Part shown: positions 63,645-64,000 of the stretch, piece after piece
How the letters are laid out: the number at the start of each line of letters is the position of its first letter
How positions within the stretch are numbered: position 1 is the stretch's first letter
NCBI RefSeq assembly: GCF_001447785.1
Contig: NW_015175971.1
Span: forward strand, 391,097-455,096
DNA: 64,000 bases
DNA from: Gekko japonicus
Taxonomy: Eukaryota
Direction of reading: 5' to 3'
The notes under the pieces: generated by a model
Told to the model about the DNA's origin: nothing
Database searches by the model: none
The model's input: only the letters and a program-made list of their open reading frames with translations
Program-made: the position numbers and the translations under genes

Positions 63645-63765
63645 ACACTTTAAGGCGTATCTTGGCACTTCCAAAAGGGACACCAGCAGCCCTATTAAGG
63701 GCAGAACTTGGCCTCCCCTCAATCAGGGCTTGCACTCATCTAGCTGTATTAAAATCATGGAAGAA
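63645..63765 (+). mobile_element. Degraded LINE fragment (post-RT region)
   Basis: Translates as LRRILALPKGTPAALLRAELGLPSI, typical of the region after RT in non-LTR elements. Confidence 0.5.
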
Positions 63766-63832
63766 ATACCAATTGATGCAAACTGAATCTCTTGGTAAAC
63801 TTAGCTATTGTTTGTAATTAAGTAAAGATAAT

Positions 63833-63898
63833 GAAACTGAAGCTCAAATACTTTGGCCACCAAATGAGAAGGGAGCACTCACTGGAGAAGACCCTGAA
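63833..63898 (+). mobile_element. Short BovB/RTE fragment
   Basis: Near-identical to 13918-13978 (ctgaagctcaaatactttggccaccaaatgagaagg...ctggagaagaccctga). Confidence 0.8.
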
Positions 63899-64000
63899 GA
63901 GTCGCAATTTGAGGCAATGGGTGTTTAATGGAGATGCCATAATAGATTATTCTTTAATCATTCAGTCAAAATTTGCTCCCTGGTACAAAGACATAAAGAA

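Overview
Eukaryotic vertebrate DNA from a squamate reptile, probably a gecko. This is inferred from the Sauria SINEs, BovB and the MITE/SINE set. The one confidently named gene is ZBTB34 on the minus strand: CDS 51691..50210 in a single coding exon, a probable non-coding first exon and CpG-island promoter at ~62.3-62.9 kb, and a long repeat-poor 3' region. A second CpG-island promoter at ~18.0-18.7 kb, partly lost in an assembly gap, sits where RALGPS1 would start given the human order ZBTB43-ZBTB34-RALGPS1 (synteny inference only). The most unusual coding signal is an unnamed plus-strand open frame at 3108-3917 resembling a CYTH/thiamine-triphosphatase domain but lacking the EXEXK motif; it would be nested antisense in the predicted RALGPS1 intron. 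The rest is dense in transposons. These include a 5'-inverted BovB, CR1, L2 and L1 fragments, an ORF1-only (HAL1-like) L1 derivative and a short L1-5'-derived element (both with clean TSDs), two non-autonomous Helitrons, several hAT and Harbinger-like MITEs, seven Sauria SINEs, other tRNA/5S SINEs and a probable solo LTR. No CRISPR, prokaryotic or clearly new multi-gene system is visible. All family assignments are from recognition by eye, not database searches.
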